From positions 36,148,001 to 36,212,000 of the forward strand of contig NW_024704743.1 in NCBI RefSeq assembly GCF_018977255.1: a stretch of DNA of 64,000 nt. Reading direction: 5' to 3'. This stretch comes from Callorhinchus milii (lineage: Eukaryota). Shown here in pieces: positions 26,097 to 37,770 of this stretch; position 1 is the stretch's first letter; the number at the start of each line of letters is the position of its first letter. Below the pieces are notes generated by a model. The model worked only from the letters and a program-made list of their open reading frames with translations, had not been told where the DNA came from and made no database searches. Both the position numbers and the translations under genes were made by a program.

Positions 26097-29000
26097 ACAA
26101 CAACAACTTGGATTCATATAGCACCCTCCACGCTGGACAGCGTCTCAGAGTGCTTCACAGTAATGGATCCCGGGGCCGAGCCGGGGGAGGGGGAGGAAGG
26201 TGACCAAAGACGCGGTCAAAAAGAAAGGTCTTCAGCAGGAATCTGAAAATAGAAAGGAGAGGGGGTGAGGCGAAGGGAGTGAGGGAGGGAGTTCCAGAGC
26301 CTTGGGGCATAGTGGCTGAAGGCACGGCCACCAAGGGTGGAGCGGAGGACTCGGGGGTCAAGGAGGAGGCCAGACCCGGAGGAACGAAGGCAATGGGCAC
26401 TGTTTTGAGGAGAGAGAAGGTGAGAGAGGTAGGGGGGGTGCAGAAGAGTGTAGGGATATGAATACAACGGTGAAGATCTTGAAGTTGATCCTCTCTGGGA
26501 CAGGCAGCCAGTGCAGTCTGGCAAGGACTGGGGTGATCGGGGAGCGGTAGTTTGGTGCGGTGAGAATGCGGGCGGCAGAGTTTTGAATGATTTGGATTTT
26601 ATGGATGGTAGTGGAGGGGAGGCCGGCGAGAAGGGCGTTAGAATAGTCCAGCCAAGAGGTGACAAGGGCATGGACCAGGGTTTCAGCGGCTTTCGGAGAG
26701 AGGTATTGGCGGAGACAGGTGATACGTCGGAGGTGGAAGAAAGCGGTGCTGGTGAGGGACCGGATGTGGGGGAGGAAGGATAATTGGGGGTCGAACCTGA
26801 TGCCTAGGTTGCGTATGGGTTCGGAGAGTTTTAGTGGGAGGTCGGGTAGGTAGAGGAGGTGAGAGCTGTGAAATTTTAGACATTGACGAGAGCCAGAGTA
26901 TGGCTTCCGTCTTGTCAAAGTTCAGCTGAAGAAAATTTGCGCTCATCCAGCGCCTGAGATCTGACAGGCAGGCTGACAGAATATCAGGGGACTGGGGTCG
27001 CAAAGAGAGGTGGAAAAATAGAGTTGGTGTCATCCGCGTACATGTGGAAGTGTACCCCATGTCTGCGGATGACATCCCCAAGAGGGAGCATGTAGATCAA
27101 AAAGAGTAGGGGGTCAAGGATGGATCCTTGGGGTACCCCGCAAGTGACCGGGTGAGAGCAGGAGGAGAAGCCGTTTGTGCAGATGTACTGCTGGCAGTTT
27201 GTGAGGTAGGACTCGAACCAGGCGAGTGCGGTCCCACTGAGGTGGATGACGGAGGAAAGGCGGTGGAGGAAGATGGCGTGATCAACTGTGTCGAACGCGG
27301 CGGAGAGGTCAAGGAGGACAAGGAGGCAGAGGGAGCCCTGGTCACAGATAGAGAGGATGTTGTTGTGACTTTCACGAGCACAGTCTCTGTACTGTGAGCA
27401 GGGCGGAAACCAGACTGGAGGGGTTTGAAGAGGGAATGGAAGGAGAGGTGTGCGCGAAGTTGATTGACCCAGAAATTGCAGGCCAGTCAGCCTAACTTCG
27501 GTAATAGGAAAACTACTGGAAACCATAATCCGGGACAGAATAAATCTCTACTTAGAGGAACATGAGGTAATTAGAGACAGCCAACATGGATTTGTTAAAG
27601 GCAAATCTTGCCTAACAAATCTAATAGAATTTTTTGAAGAGGTGACTGCGAGGGTTGATGAGGGAAATGCGGTGGACGTTATTTACATGGATTTCAAAAA
27701 GGCTTTTGACACAGTACCGCATAAGAGATTAATAAAAAATTAGAGGCCCACGGTATTAAGGGGACAGTGGCAGTTTGGATTAAGAACTGGCTGAGTGACA
27801 GAAAGCAGAGGGTGGTGGTTAATGGGTGTTTCTCGAAATGGAAGGAGGTGTGCAGCGGTGTCCGCCAGGGATCGGTATTGGGACCACTGCTCTTTCTAAT
27901 ATATATTAATGATCTGGACTTGGGCATAGAGAGCACTATTTCCAAGTTTGCAGATGATACAAAGTTAGGTAGGGTAGTAAATAGTGAGGAGGACTGTAAC
28001 CAACTGCAAGCAGACATACACAGAATGGTGGAATGGGCTGACATGTGGCAGATGGATTTCAATGTGGATAAGTGTGAGGTGATACACTTAGGTAGGAAAA
28101 ATGATAGGAGGCAATATAGACTTGGTAGCTCAATCTTAAGGGGGGTGAACGTACAGAGAGATCTGGGTGTTCAAGTAAGCGAATCATTAAAGGTAGCGGG
28201 GCAGGTAGATAAGGCAGTAAAAAAGGCATTTGGTGTACTGAGCTTTATTAGTAGGGGCATAGAGTATAAGAGTAGGGAGGTTATGGTTAATCTATACAAA
28301 ACACTGGTTAGGCCTCAGCTGGAGTACTGCGTCCAGTTCTGGGCACCTTACTTCAGGAAGGACATTAAGGCACTGGAAAGGGTGCAGAGGAGATTCACGA
28401 GAATGATACCAGGAATGGGGAACCTTAGCTATGAGGACAGGCTGGAAAAGTTAGGACTTTTCCCATTAGAGCAGAGAAGGTTACGCGGGGACCTGATAGA
28501 GGTCTTCAAGATCATGAAAGGTTTCGACAGGCTAGATAAGGAAAAGCTGTTTCCGCTGGTAGGTGTGTCTGTGACCCGTGGTCACAGTCTTAAGATATCT
28601 ACCAAAAGAAGCAGAGGGGAGGTTAGAAGAAATGTTTTCACTCAGCGAGTTGTTCGAATTTGGAATGATCTGCCTGAAAGGGTAGTGAAGTCCGATTCGA
28701 TAACAGCTTTTAAGAGAGAACTGGATAGGTATCTGGGGAAGACGGTTTTGCAGGATTATGGGGAGAAAGCTGGTGATTGGGGTTAGTGAAAGTGACTTGC
28801 TCTGTCAAAGAGCCAGCACAGACTCGATGGGCCGAATGGCCTCCTTCTGTGCCGTAACATTCTATGAATCTATGAATCTATGAAAACAACTCGTTCTAGG
28901 ACTTTTGAGAGGAAGGGGGGGTTAGAAATGGGGCGGTAGTGGCTGGGGTTTGAGAGATCTAGGGAAGGTTTTTGAGGAGGGGGGAGATGACAGCTGTTTT

Positions 29001-30351
29001 GAGGGGCGCAGGGACTGATCTGGAGGAGAGCGACTGGTTGATGATGTCAGCCAGTAGTGCTCAGAGGAGGGGGAGCTGGGTGACCAGCAAGTTGGTGGGG
29101 AGGGGGTCGAGGCAGCAGGTGGTGGGTTTCATGGAGGTGATGGTGGGTGAGAGGGAGGAGGGAGAGATGGAGAGGAAGGAGTGTAGGATGGGGGTGGTGG
29201 TAGGAGCAGATGATGGGGAGGGTGAGGGGGACAGCGAGGACATGGTGGTGGGTGACAAGGGGCAGGTGGATGAGGCTGCCTGGCAGATGTTGTGAATTTT
29301 CGAAGAAAAGAAGTCCTCCTCACACTTGGTATTTGATATGAAGATTGAGGAGGCCTGAGGGGGGGCACACAGGAGGAAGTGGGTGGTGGAAAAAAGGATT
29401 TTTGGGTTGTGTTTAGCCTCCAAGATGATGTTGGAGTAGAAGCCGTTGGGTTATTAGGTGGCAGAGATGGTTGTTGTACCAGGGGGATCGGGTGGGATTG
29501 GAGATGGTCTTGGATTTCAGGGGGATGAGGGAGTTGAAGGTGGAGGAGAGGCGATCATGGAGCAGCTAGACGGCTGCTTCAGGATCTCCACAGGTGGAAG
29601 GCCAGAGGGATAGGATGTTTGATGATGTGAGGAGAAGGAGATGAGGAAGTGGTCCGAGATGGCCTTGTCCACTATGCTGAGGTCGGAAATGACAAGGCCA
29701 TGGGTGATAACAAGGTCAAGGAGATGACCACGGTTGTGGGTGGGTGAAGTTATATGAAGGGTCAGGTTTAGAGAGGAGAGGAGAGCAGTGAAATCGGCAG
29801 AAGTGGTGCAGGGGGAGTTTAGGTGAGGTTGAAATCGCCCTTTATGAGCAGGAGCTCAGAGCAGAGGTTCAGAGAAGAGAGGAGAGTAGCGATGTCTGTG
29901 TGGAAGGAGCCGGGGGGCTTAGGGGGGGCGGTAGACAAGGAGGATTTTTAAAGGGAGAGAGGAGTGGAAGAGGGTGATGTGTTCGAAGGAGGGGAAGCAG
30001 CCAGAGGAGTAGGGGGTAAGACCAAGAGAGGCTTTGGAAATGAAGGCCACCCCACCACCACGTTGGTTTGGACGGAGGGTGTGGTGGAAGGTATAGACTG
30101 GAGGGGAGGCTTCCACTAGGGGGACGGGGTCATTGGGGGAGAGGCAAGTTTTGGTGAGCCCAAGAATGTCAAAGGTGCTCGTCCAAGATGAGGTCGTGGA
30201 TGGTGAGGGCTTTATTTGAGAGGGAACGGACATTTTGGAGGGAAAAGCGGGTGGGTTTGCTGGAGGGAGGGGAGAGTGATGCGAAGAGAATTTTGGGGTG
30301 TACAGGAGAGATGGTTGTGGAGAGTGGTGTGAAAGGAGAGTTGGGGAGGAC
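26097..30351 (-). mobile_element. Degenerate L2 LINE covering nearly all of ORF2 (APE endonuclease plus RT), split by the CR1 at 27464-28884
   Basis: Minus-strand peptides: FSLQNVRSLSNKA (APE N-terminus, ~30240), RGGGVA, VYRPP, YRPISN..FLSKVLERVV, LLDLSAAFDTVDH, GVPQGSIL, HMYADDT, ETLVHALVTSWLDYSN, LHWLPV. The (TTG)n tail is at ~26097-26110. Multiple frameshifts. Confidence 0.96.
27464..28884 (+). mobile_element. 5'-truncated young CR1 LINE (RT, ORF2 C-terminus, 3'UTR)
   Basis: Encodes RPVSLTS...SQHGFVKGKSCLTNL...VIYMDFKKAFDTVPH, then a 1-nt frameshift near 27735. The open 339-aa ORF 27767-28786 follows ([39 protein letters not shown]). The 3'UTR has gatgggccgaatggcctcc and a (TCTATGAA)3 tail. 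Confidence 0.97.
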
Positions 30352-31479
30352 ACTCACACTTCTGAATCCCCATGTAGGGACTTTGAGATCACAATCTAGG
30401 CTGTCACTCCAGTCAAAAGTTCTGTCTTTCAGATGAGACATTAAACCAAGATCCCATCTGCTTTTTCAGGTTAATTATCTCTTTGCAGTATTCAAAGCGA
30501 TTTTTTTCCCAGTGTCCTGGTCAACAATCCCCACATTAGAAAAGAATGGGTCATTCACTCTAAGCTGTTTATGGGACATTGCTGTGCAAAAAATGGCTGG
30601 TGTATTGACCTAAAAATAGAGTTACTACTTCTTACAGAAAACTCTGCAAAGTACTTTTTGACATGTTAAGGCACTATATCAAATGTGAATGTTTCTATTA
30701 CAGAAATTAAATAGCATAGGACATTCAGCCCATCGATCTTAAACTGGTGTGAGCTCATCCAAGGAGTTAGTTACTCTAATCTCAATTTCTTGCTCTTCCC
30801 CCTGTGTTTTTTATTCTTGCCTGTTTTTGTTTTGAGTCATATCATAAAAGTATAATAATAATCCTTGAATTTGATATAGTACCTATAATATCATAATGTC
30901 TCAAAGTGCTTCACATGGAGTTGATGTCAGGTATCACTGAGTCTAGGGAAGGCATCTGGTTAGGCATAGGTTGTATATTGATCAGGGAGCATGCAATACC
31001 TAATGAGGCTGGTGGAATATGACAGCAGAAAGTAGAAAGAAAGAGCTTGTTTTTTCGAACAACTAAAACTCAGGATTATTGCTGGAACAATACATTATCA
31101 GCAGGGTGAAACTAACCTGTCTCTCGTCGATATCAGTGGGTGAACAATAGAATGCTTGGTGAAGTTTGCTTCACAATGATAGAAAGGACTGACATTGAAG
31201 AATCAAAACACAACATCTATGAATGCTTGATCGCCACAAGCCAGTTATCTGTGTGGTAAATTTGCTGTCATCTCCTGCTTAAAACCCACAAAGCTTAAAG
31301 GATCTTGAGGCTTTCACAGTTTGTATTCATACTGAACATCAAGATGAAACTTGGCTTTGAAGCACCTTCTTATCCGAAGCAACCTTGTGATCTTGGGATT
31401 TTTTTAATGTAAGGCTTACAGTATATGCAGCAGACAACAGGACAAATGCTGAAAGAAACTTACTCCTATTAACAAACGG

Positions 31480-31857
31480 ATTGATTTCAAGATCCTCACA
31501 CTCGTCTTCAAATCCATTCATGCCCTGGCACTTCCCTACTTCTCTAACCTGCTTACTCCACACCCACTACCCATTGCCTCTGCTCGACTGGCCTGCTGCT
31601 TTTCCCTCGCCCTCTCCGTTCCATCATCGGTGGTTGCTCTTTCAGCCCCTACGCTCCGAAACTCCGGAACTCTCTCCCTCAATCTCTCTGCCTTGCCCTG
31701 CCTTCTCCATCTTCAGTAGCAGCTGAAGACCTCTTCGATGTGCCTACGGTCACCTACCCCATCCCCTGGCTCTGTGTCGTGCTCCACCAATGTCAAGCGC
31801 TTTGGGAAGCTACCCTAATTGAGGGGCACAATATAAATGCAAATTGCTGTTGTTGTT
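31480..31857 (+). mobile_element. L2 3' fragment
   Basis: ttcaagatcctc...ctccggaactctctccc...aagcgctttgggaagctaccc...ataaatgcaaattgctgttgttgtt. Confidence 0.85.
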
Positions 31858-33164
31858 ACAAAGATAAACCAGGGTTTCTTTCTGGAGCATGTGAGAGATC
31901 CAGTAAGTCAAGCCACTTACTGGCATGCAGAGCATCACAGTGAATGGCTGATTTTGATATTTTCTTTAATTTCCCTTTGTGGAGTTGACTGTACATACAA
32001 TAAATAGATTGAGTTGTGTTGCTCTGGAGTAATCTCATCAGTCCATTGTTAAGCAAAATTCCTATTTCTCTGGGATAGAGGAACACAGTGTTCTGTGATA
32101 AATCCCATTTTATTTCTATAATTCTTCTGACATCAAAGCACATTGATAAAGAATAATAAAAGGTTCAGTGACTGATTGAAACTGGGAGCTTTTTATAAAA
32201 AACACACCATGGGGCTCATTAATTTTCCAATGATTGCAGTCAGGCAGATGGGTATGTCATTGCCGGGTATGGCTCTGTTATCTTCTAGAATTTGGAATTT
32301 GCTTATTTCAAGTCTGTGAGAAACTCTGTGAGAATCCATTGACTCTCTCAAAATAATCGCTCCTCCGAGCTATGGCTTATTCGGCATATGTTACATAACA
32401 CAAAAGACACATAAAATGTATTCTAAGTGACAGGAGAGCGCTTAAGGCCTTAAAAAATAATTCTAAAAATTCTATGCAATGCAGTGTTTTGGTTTATTTG
32501 TGGGAGAATTCTCAAGTGTTACAATTAAAGACTGGAACTGTGTCACTACAAAATCCAGTTATTTAATTAAAGATAAATGATTGGATTGGAGAAATGATCA
32601 AATATTGGCTAATTGAAAGTTTAATATGATAATTCTGCCATTTACACACCAGGTAACATCAGTGTTGGATACACACCACACAAATGACCTTATACTGTAG
32701 TCATCAGATTTCAAACCAAGGCTGTTAATGACCACTTCTAAAGGTCACAGATAAAAACTGGCCTCAAGTTGATACAGAGATGCGAACCATTTTACCAATT
32801 AAAGGTCAGAAAAACAAAAGCGATAAAGAGCGACTGCAGGATTCCACATTTTAATGCAATAACAGAATTATTTTGCCCAGTTTTACCATTGGTTTGACCC
32901 TTTCCATAGCATTTGTCATTCTGATTAGCATGATGAAAATTCAAAATAATTAATCTTAAAAGTCTCAGTAATATGTTTACAATTACTGGTGTACCTTCTG
33001 GTTGAATTGCAGCTTGTGGCACTTGCCACTGGTGTCCAGCCCACCTGCAGGAACTCATACTGCCAGTGACGCACCTCTGCACAAAATTACAATTAAGAGC
33101 CATGATGGCAGTGCTAATGGACCGGAGAAATGATTTTGTGGGCTGAACGGCTTGTTTCTGTTCC

Positions 33165-33391
33165 AGGTCGTGCTTTCAGCCACCACGCCCCAAAATTGTG
33201 GAACACTCTCCCTCAATCCCTCCACCTTGACCCCTCTCTGCCCTTTTTCAAGTCCTGCCTGAAAACCTTCCTTTTCAACCGTGCTTACGCCCACACCCCC
33301 CATCCCACGGCTTGGAGTCAGGCTCCGCCACTGCTAAGTACTCTGAGATATTACCCTGCGTGGAGGGCACTATATAAGTATAAGTTGTTGT
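33165..33391 (+). mobile_element. L2 3' fragment
   Basis: GRAFSHHAPKLWNTLP...FKSCLKTFLF, with a ttgttg tail. Confidence 0.88.
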
Positions 33392-36300
33392 TGAATTCAT
33401 ATAGTACTGAACGTTCGGTTGTAGTGGAAAGTCTTCAGGTGTGATTTGAAGACAAGTTTGTGGTATGTTCCACAGATTCATGGCACGCATCCAAATTGGT
33501 AAACTTCAAAAATAATTTATCAGTCTGTTGTAAAGATCCTGCTGTGTTTAAAGTCTCTTTTAAGTTCTTGTGTTTTCTCAGGCAGTTGGAGGCCAGTGAT
33601 CAGAGCTCTGTGCACATATTTGCATTTGCCTGCAGAGGTTTCTGAAACAGTGATCCAGACTGGTAGGCCCTGTTCTGCTTAGTCCAGTTGCAATAGAATG
33701 GATATTAGAACATGGAGTTACTTACCTCAAATGCCTTTTGAAACTGAGTCTGTAACTTTGTTTAAAAGGAAATTGCGTCAATACCAATGTTAAAGACTAT
33801 GGGGAAAGAGCAGTGGAATGGGATCAGGGTAGATAGCATTTGAGGGAGAAACGAGCATCAACACAGGGATGATGGCTGAACTTCAGTGCTTTAAACATTG
33901 TACAACTCTTTGGAGCATTAAAATTAGTTCTGTCTGATTTTCTACATTATGAGCCCATACACACTACGCAAATATAGTTGGTGGCAACAGCAATCTGAAC
34001 TGTATCTGTGCCTAGGCTATTCCCTTAATGCACAACCCAAGGAAAAGCAAACTTGTAATTTCTATACAAATTTGAGAGTGGTGCATTTTGAAGTCCTTTT
34101 ATGTTGCTTTGCAAACCAAAGGAACGAACGCCTGCAGCCTGTGTTCCAACTGGTAAATTGGTTTTCGTCTCTTTACTTTGTGTTTTTCTTTTCCATTGTT
34201 CCTGTTTGTATTTCAGCCTCTGGTCTGAAAGATTCTATTTTCTACACAGATAATGGTGTCTTTTGTACTGGCATTATTCAGTACACTCAGCTGTGTGGCT
34301 GACCTACAGGGAAACCTAGACTGGAGAGACCTTCCAAACACTGAACTGCCCTACGATGCCTGGGGCATCCACTCTTTTCATGACCCCTTTACCTGTAATA
34401 CTGTATACGGTGCAGCCCCCTTTCATTGTGTTTCTTTATATGCTTGCATTCAATTATACCACTGTTGCACCCTGGACCCTGTTCACGGCCCGCTCACTCT
34501 TTCTTGCTGGCCAGGTGTTGCTCCGAAGTGGATGTTTTTCAGGTCATTACATGCTGCTGACGCCACTTGCTGCATTGTTGCATATGCACAAAGCAGGAAA
34601 TCACAATGGGGGCAACCCAATGATCCTCAAATTGCCCATTTTTCTTTTAATGAGGGAATGACCAGCGATCAGGACTTGAAGCCAGCTACTCTGCTTCACT
34701 TTGGAAGAGATTGGGATTTTAGACTGTGTTATAAGAGGGCTCCACTACAATTGAAGCATCATTGTTGGATTTCGAGATGCTGACGATGCCACGTGGGGTT
34801 GCACAAAGGTCATAACAAGATATCTGGGCCTCCCTACTGCTGCCAAGTACAGGTAAAAGCAGCATAAATGGGAAGGAAATCCTGGCACCAGCAGTGCTTG
34901 GATTGCTTCCTGGGAGTAATAATCCCTCCAAACAAATCAATCCATGACTATTTGTGGGACACTGCTATGCGTGATTGACTGCTGCCCACCAAATACAATC
35001 CACTTTACAATATATTCTGTGAAGCGCTTTGAGATGTCTCAACAACGTGATAAGGTGTTATATCAAATGCAAGGATTATTGTTACTTAGCAATTTACTGA
35101 AATGTTCTTTAAACTGCTTCTCGAGCAATCTGCAAGCCAAATAAATTTCCACAATAGTTAGATAGAGAATTACTATTTGCACTTGCACTGCTCCATTGGT
35201 GATCATTTGAACAAAATTGTCAATTAGGAGATATTAAGAAACTGCTGTTGCATATTTAGCTAAACTGGTTCCATTTATATTGGGAACCGATACACTTAAT
35301 GTCAACACAAATAACATTTAGGTTTATTTGCTTCCTTCAATTTCTGTGCATTGGATTTCTCACCATGTTAATTATACAGCTGGAGAGCTTAAGATATGAT
35401 CAGTTGTCCAATCAAGTAAGTTAGGTTTGTGCATTAGAGTCAGCACTGGAATAATAAGGTGTTCTGAACAGATGGAATGCTTTGCATTACTAATAACTGA
35501 TGGTAGCTGACAGCAATTTAGAAACCCCAGACAATACCTTCTCCACACGAGGTGATATAACTGGATGGTTTATAGTAAGATTTTATTTGTGGTAGGAGAC
35601 ACTTGTACTAGTGAGTATAGTAGTTATTTTTCTACATCAAAACCTTGTGCTGTGGTTAAATAGACAAAGTGGCCATGAATTTGCAAGCTGATTGTAAAGA
35701 TGTTGCACCTCCTGTTTTCTTTCTTGTAAAATGAAGTAGAGTTCTATTGTGACGTAGAGTGAATGGGTGAATGTGGCAGCCAATTTGCGCACAACAATAT
35801 ACCACAAACAGTCATGAAGAGAATGAACAATATTTTATTTGTGACACCAGGAAAAACTCCCTTATCTTTGCCATGGTATCTTGCCATTGGATCTTTAATG
35901 GCCACCTGAACAGGCAGATGGGACCTCGGTTTAACGTCTCATCTGAAGCACGGCACCTCAACAATGCAAAACAGCATTCATTGAAGTATTATCTTAGACT
36001 ACGTGAGTTCAAGTGCCAACGAACTCACAACCTTCTGACCCAGAAGCAAAAGAGCTACCCTTGCACCAGGCTGACAAATACAGTACACAATACATAATTA
36101 CACTTTTATAGCCCCTTTCACATCGGAGGATGTTCCAAGGCGCTGATACACATCGAAGCTCAGTTCTATACAGACTCCATTACTGCAAATTCTGGAATTT
36201 CAAACCTTTCATTATAGTTGAAGGACGATCTTAACATCAATAATATAATCTTTGACCTTCGAGAACTACATTGCTGATTCCCACAGGTATTGAAATGCTG

Positions 36301-37439
36301 AGGTCTGGCTTTCAAAAGTACAAAAGATGTAGCATGGAATCCCACAGGCGATACAAGTTCAATCAAACACAGAAGCACAATGATTTTACTTATCTTTTAT
36401 ATCTGGTTTGGTCCACAAGTGATATAAATGTCATATATCAGGGCTCACATGGTGCTCAATTTGTAAAAAGCTAATTTACCAAAATTTTTTTTAATAAAAA
36501 ACTATTACTCCAATACTTCTTTACTCACTCACAGAATGAATTCCACTGGATGTAAATGAGCCATGCTATGCTGAAGTTACAGGGGCTGTCGCGTAGCCAG
36601 AATCTGCCATGTATAGTTTAGGTGTTTGGTTGGTTTAGTTGCTAATCGGCAATTCTAGCATGATGTAATGCAGTTTTACAAAGATGAGTTGCTTTGTTTT
36701 CTGATTTGTATCTATTTAATTCATTTTCTATGTTCCAAGGTTCAGCAGCTAGCTTCTGATCATTGAAGGCAGTTTCTATGAAATAGTGGAACCAATCTAC
36801 TCAAGATCCACTGCATGAATGATTTTGAAATGGAGCTTTTCAGTTTCTAAAAGAGATCTCAGAGGGAACCTTATAGAAGTCTATAAGGAGCATGCTTAAT
36901 GGACAACAGTGCAAGTAGCTACATGGAATCAAACCTGCCAATGTATTTTCTCTTGTATTGTGATCTATGGACTTTCTTTATTGGTAAAAGTAAGATTTTC
37001 TGTGCTGTGAATGTTTTAACCTACAATACAATAAAGATACAATACAAATTGACATCTATTATAGTACATTTCAGGGGTGCGGGAGGACACATCCCAAGGC
37101 ACTAACTAATGCTCTACATGACTTTGGCATTTTTAATAAACCAAGGTGGCGGGGTTTTCCCCAGACAGAATAGAGAATCTAGAGAATCCTATCAATACAC
37201 AATATGGATTCAAAGCACATATTTCTTCTTACTTGAGGACTTTTTTAGGGTTAAATAGTTCCGAAAGTTTAGCCCTCATGATGTGTCCATTTCTCAGCTT
37301 TATTTGTTTGTCTTATTTGTTCCCTTATTGTCAAGCTTTCTCCACCAGCTGTGAAGGGTTCCAGTCATCTGCTCCCAGTTCTTTTCTATCTACTCTCACC
37401 CCCCCCCCCCCCCTTGCAGGAAGTGCCCTGCCTTAATGC

Positions 37440-37770
37440 CATCACCTTATACATTTGTACAGTGCCTTTCACATCGGGAGGACATCCCAAGACGCTAGAC
37501 AGTCAGAGATTTGGACCCAAGCAGGGGGTTGGGATCAGGAGGGCTGGAGGGCTGAGAGGGTAGGGGTAGTAGGATGGCCAAATGAGCAACTGAAGAGGAG
37601 GGTCTTGAGACGTGCTTTGAAGGAGGAAAGGGAGGGGGCAAGGTGAAGGGACTCGGGAATGGAGTTCCAAAGGGTGGGAGCAGACAAACCGAAGGCCTGA
37701 CTGCTGATGGTGTGGCGGGTCGGGCGGGGGATATGGAGCTGGCCGTAACCTGCTGAGCGGAGAGAAGGGA
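37440..37770 (-). mobile_element. L2 3' fragment
   Basis: ttatacatttgtacagtgcctttcacatcgggaggacatcccaag...ggagttccaaagggtggg. Confidence 0.88.

Larger units (their letters stand above)
26068..30700 (+). mobile_element. Old Deu-domain SINE (SacSINE1-like) split by the L2: head 26068-26096, remainder 30352-30700
   Basis: The head gtcagctggttcagttggtagtactc continues at 30352 as actcacacttctgaatc...aatctaggctg...gatgagacattaaaccaag...gggacattgctgtgcaaaaaatggctg...gcactatatcaaatg. Confidence 0.7.

Noticed and set aside
27767..28786. 339-aa reverse transcriptase ORF as a host gene or retron-like system
   Set aside because: Canonical 5'-truncated CR1 ORF2 with its 3'UTR.
27464..28940. CR1 begins at its RPVSLT motif and sits close to the L2's homologous YRPISN motif
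   Set aside because: The elements are on opposite strands with no nucleotide homology at the junction; most likely coincidence.
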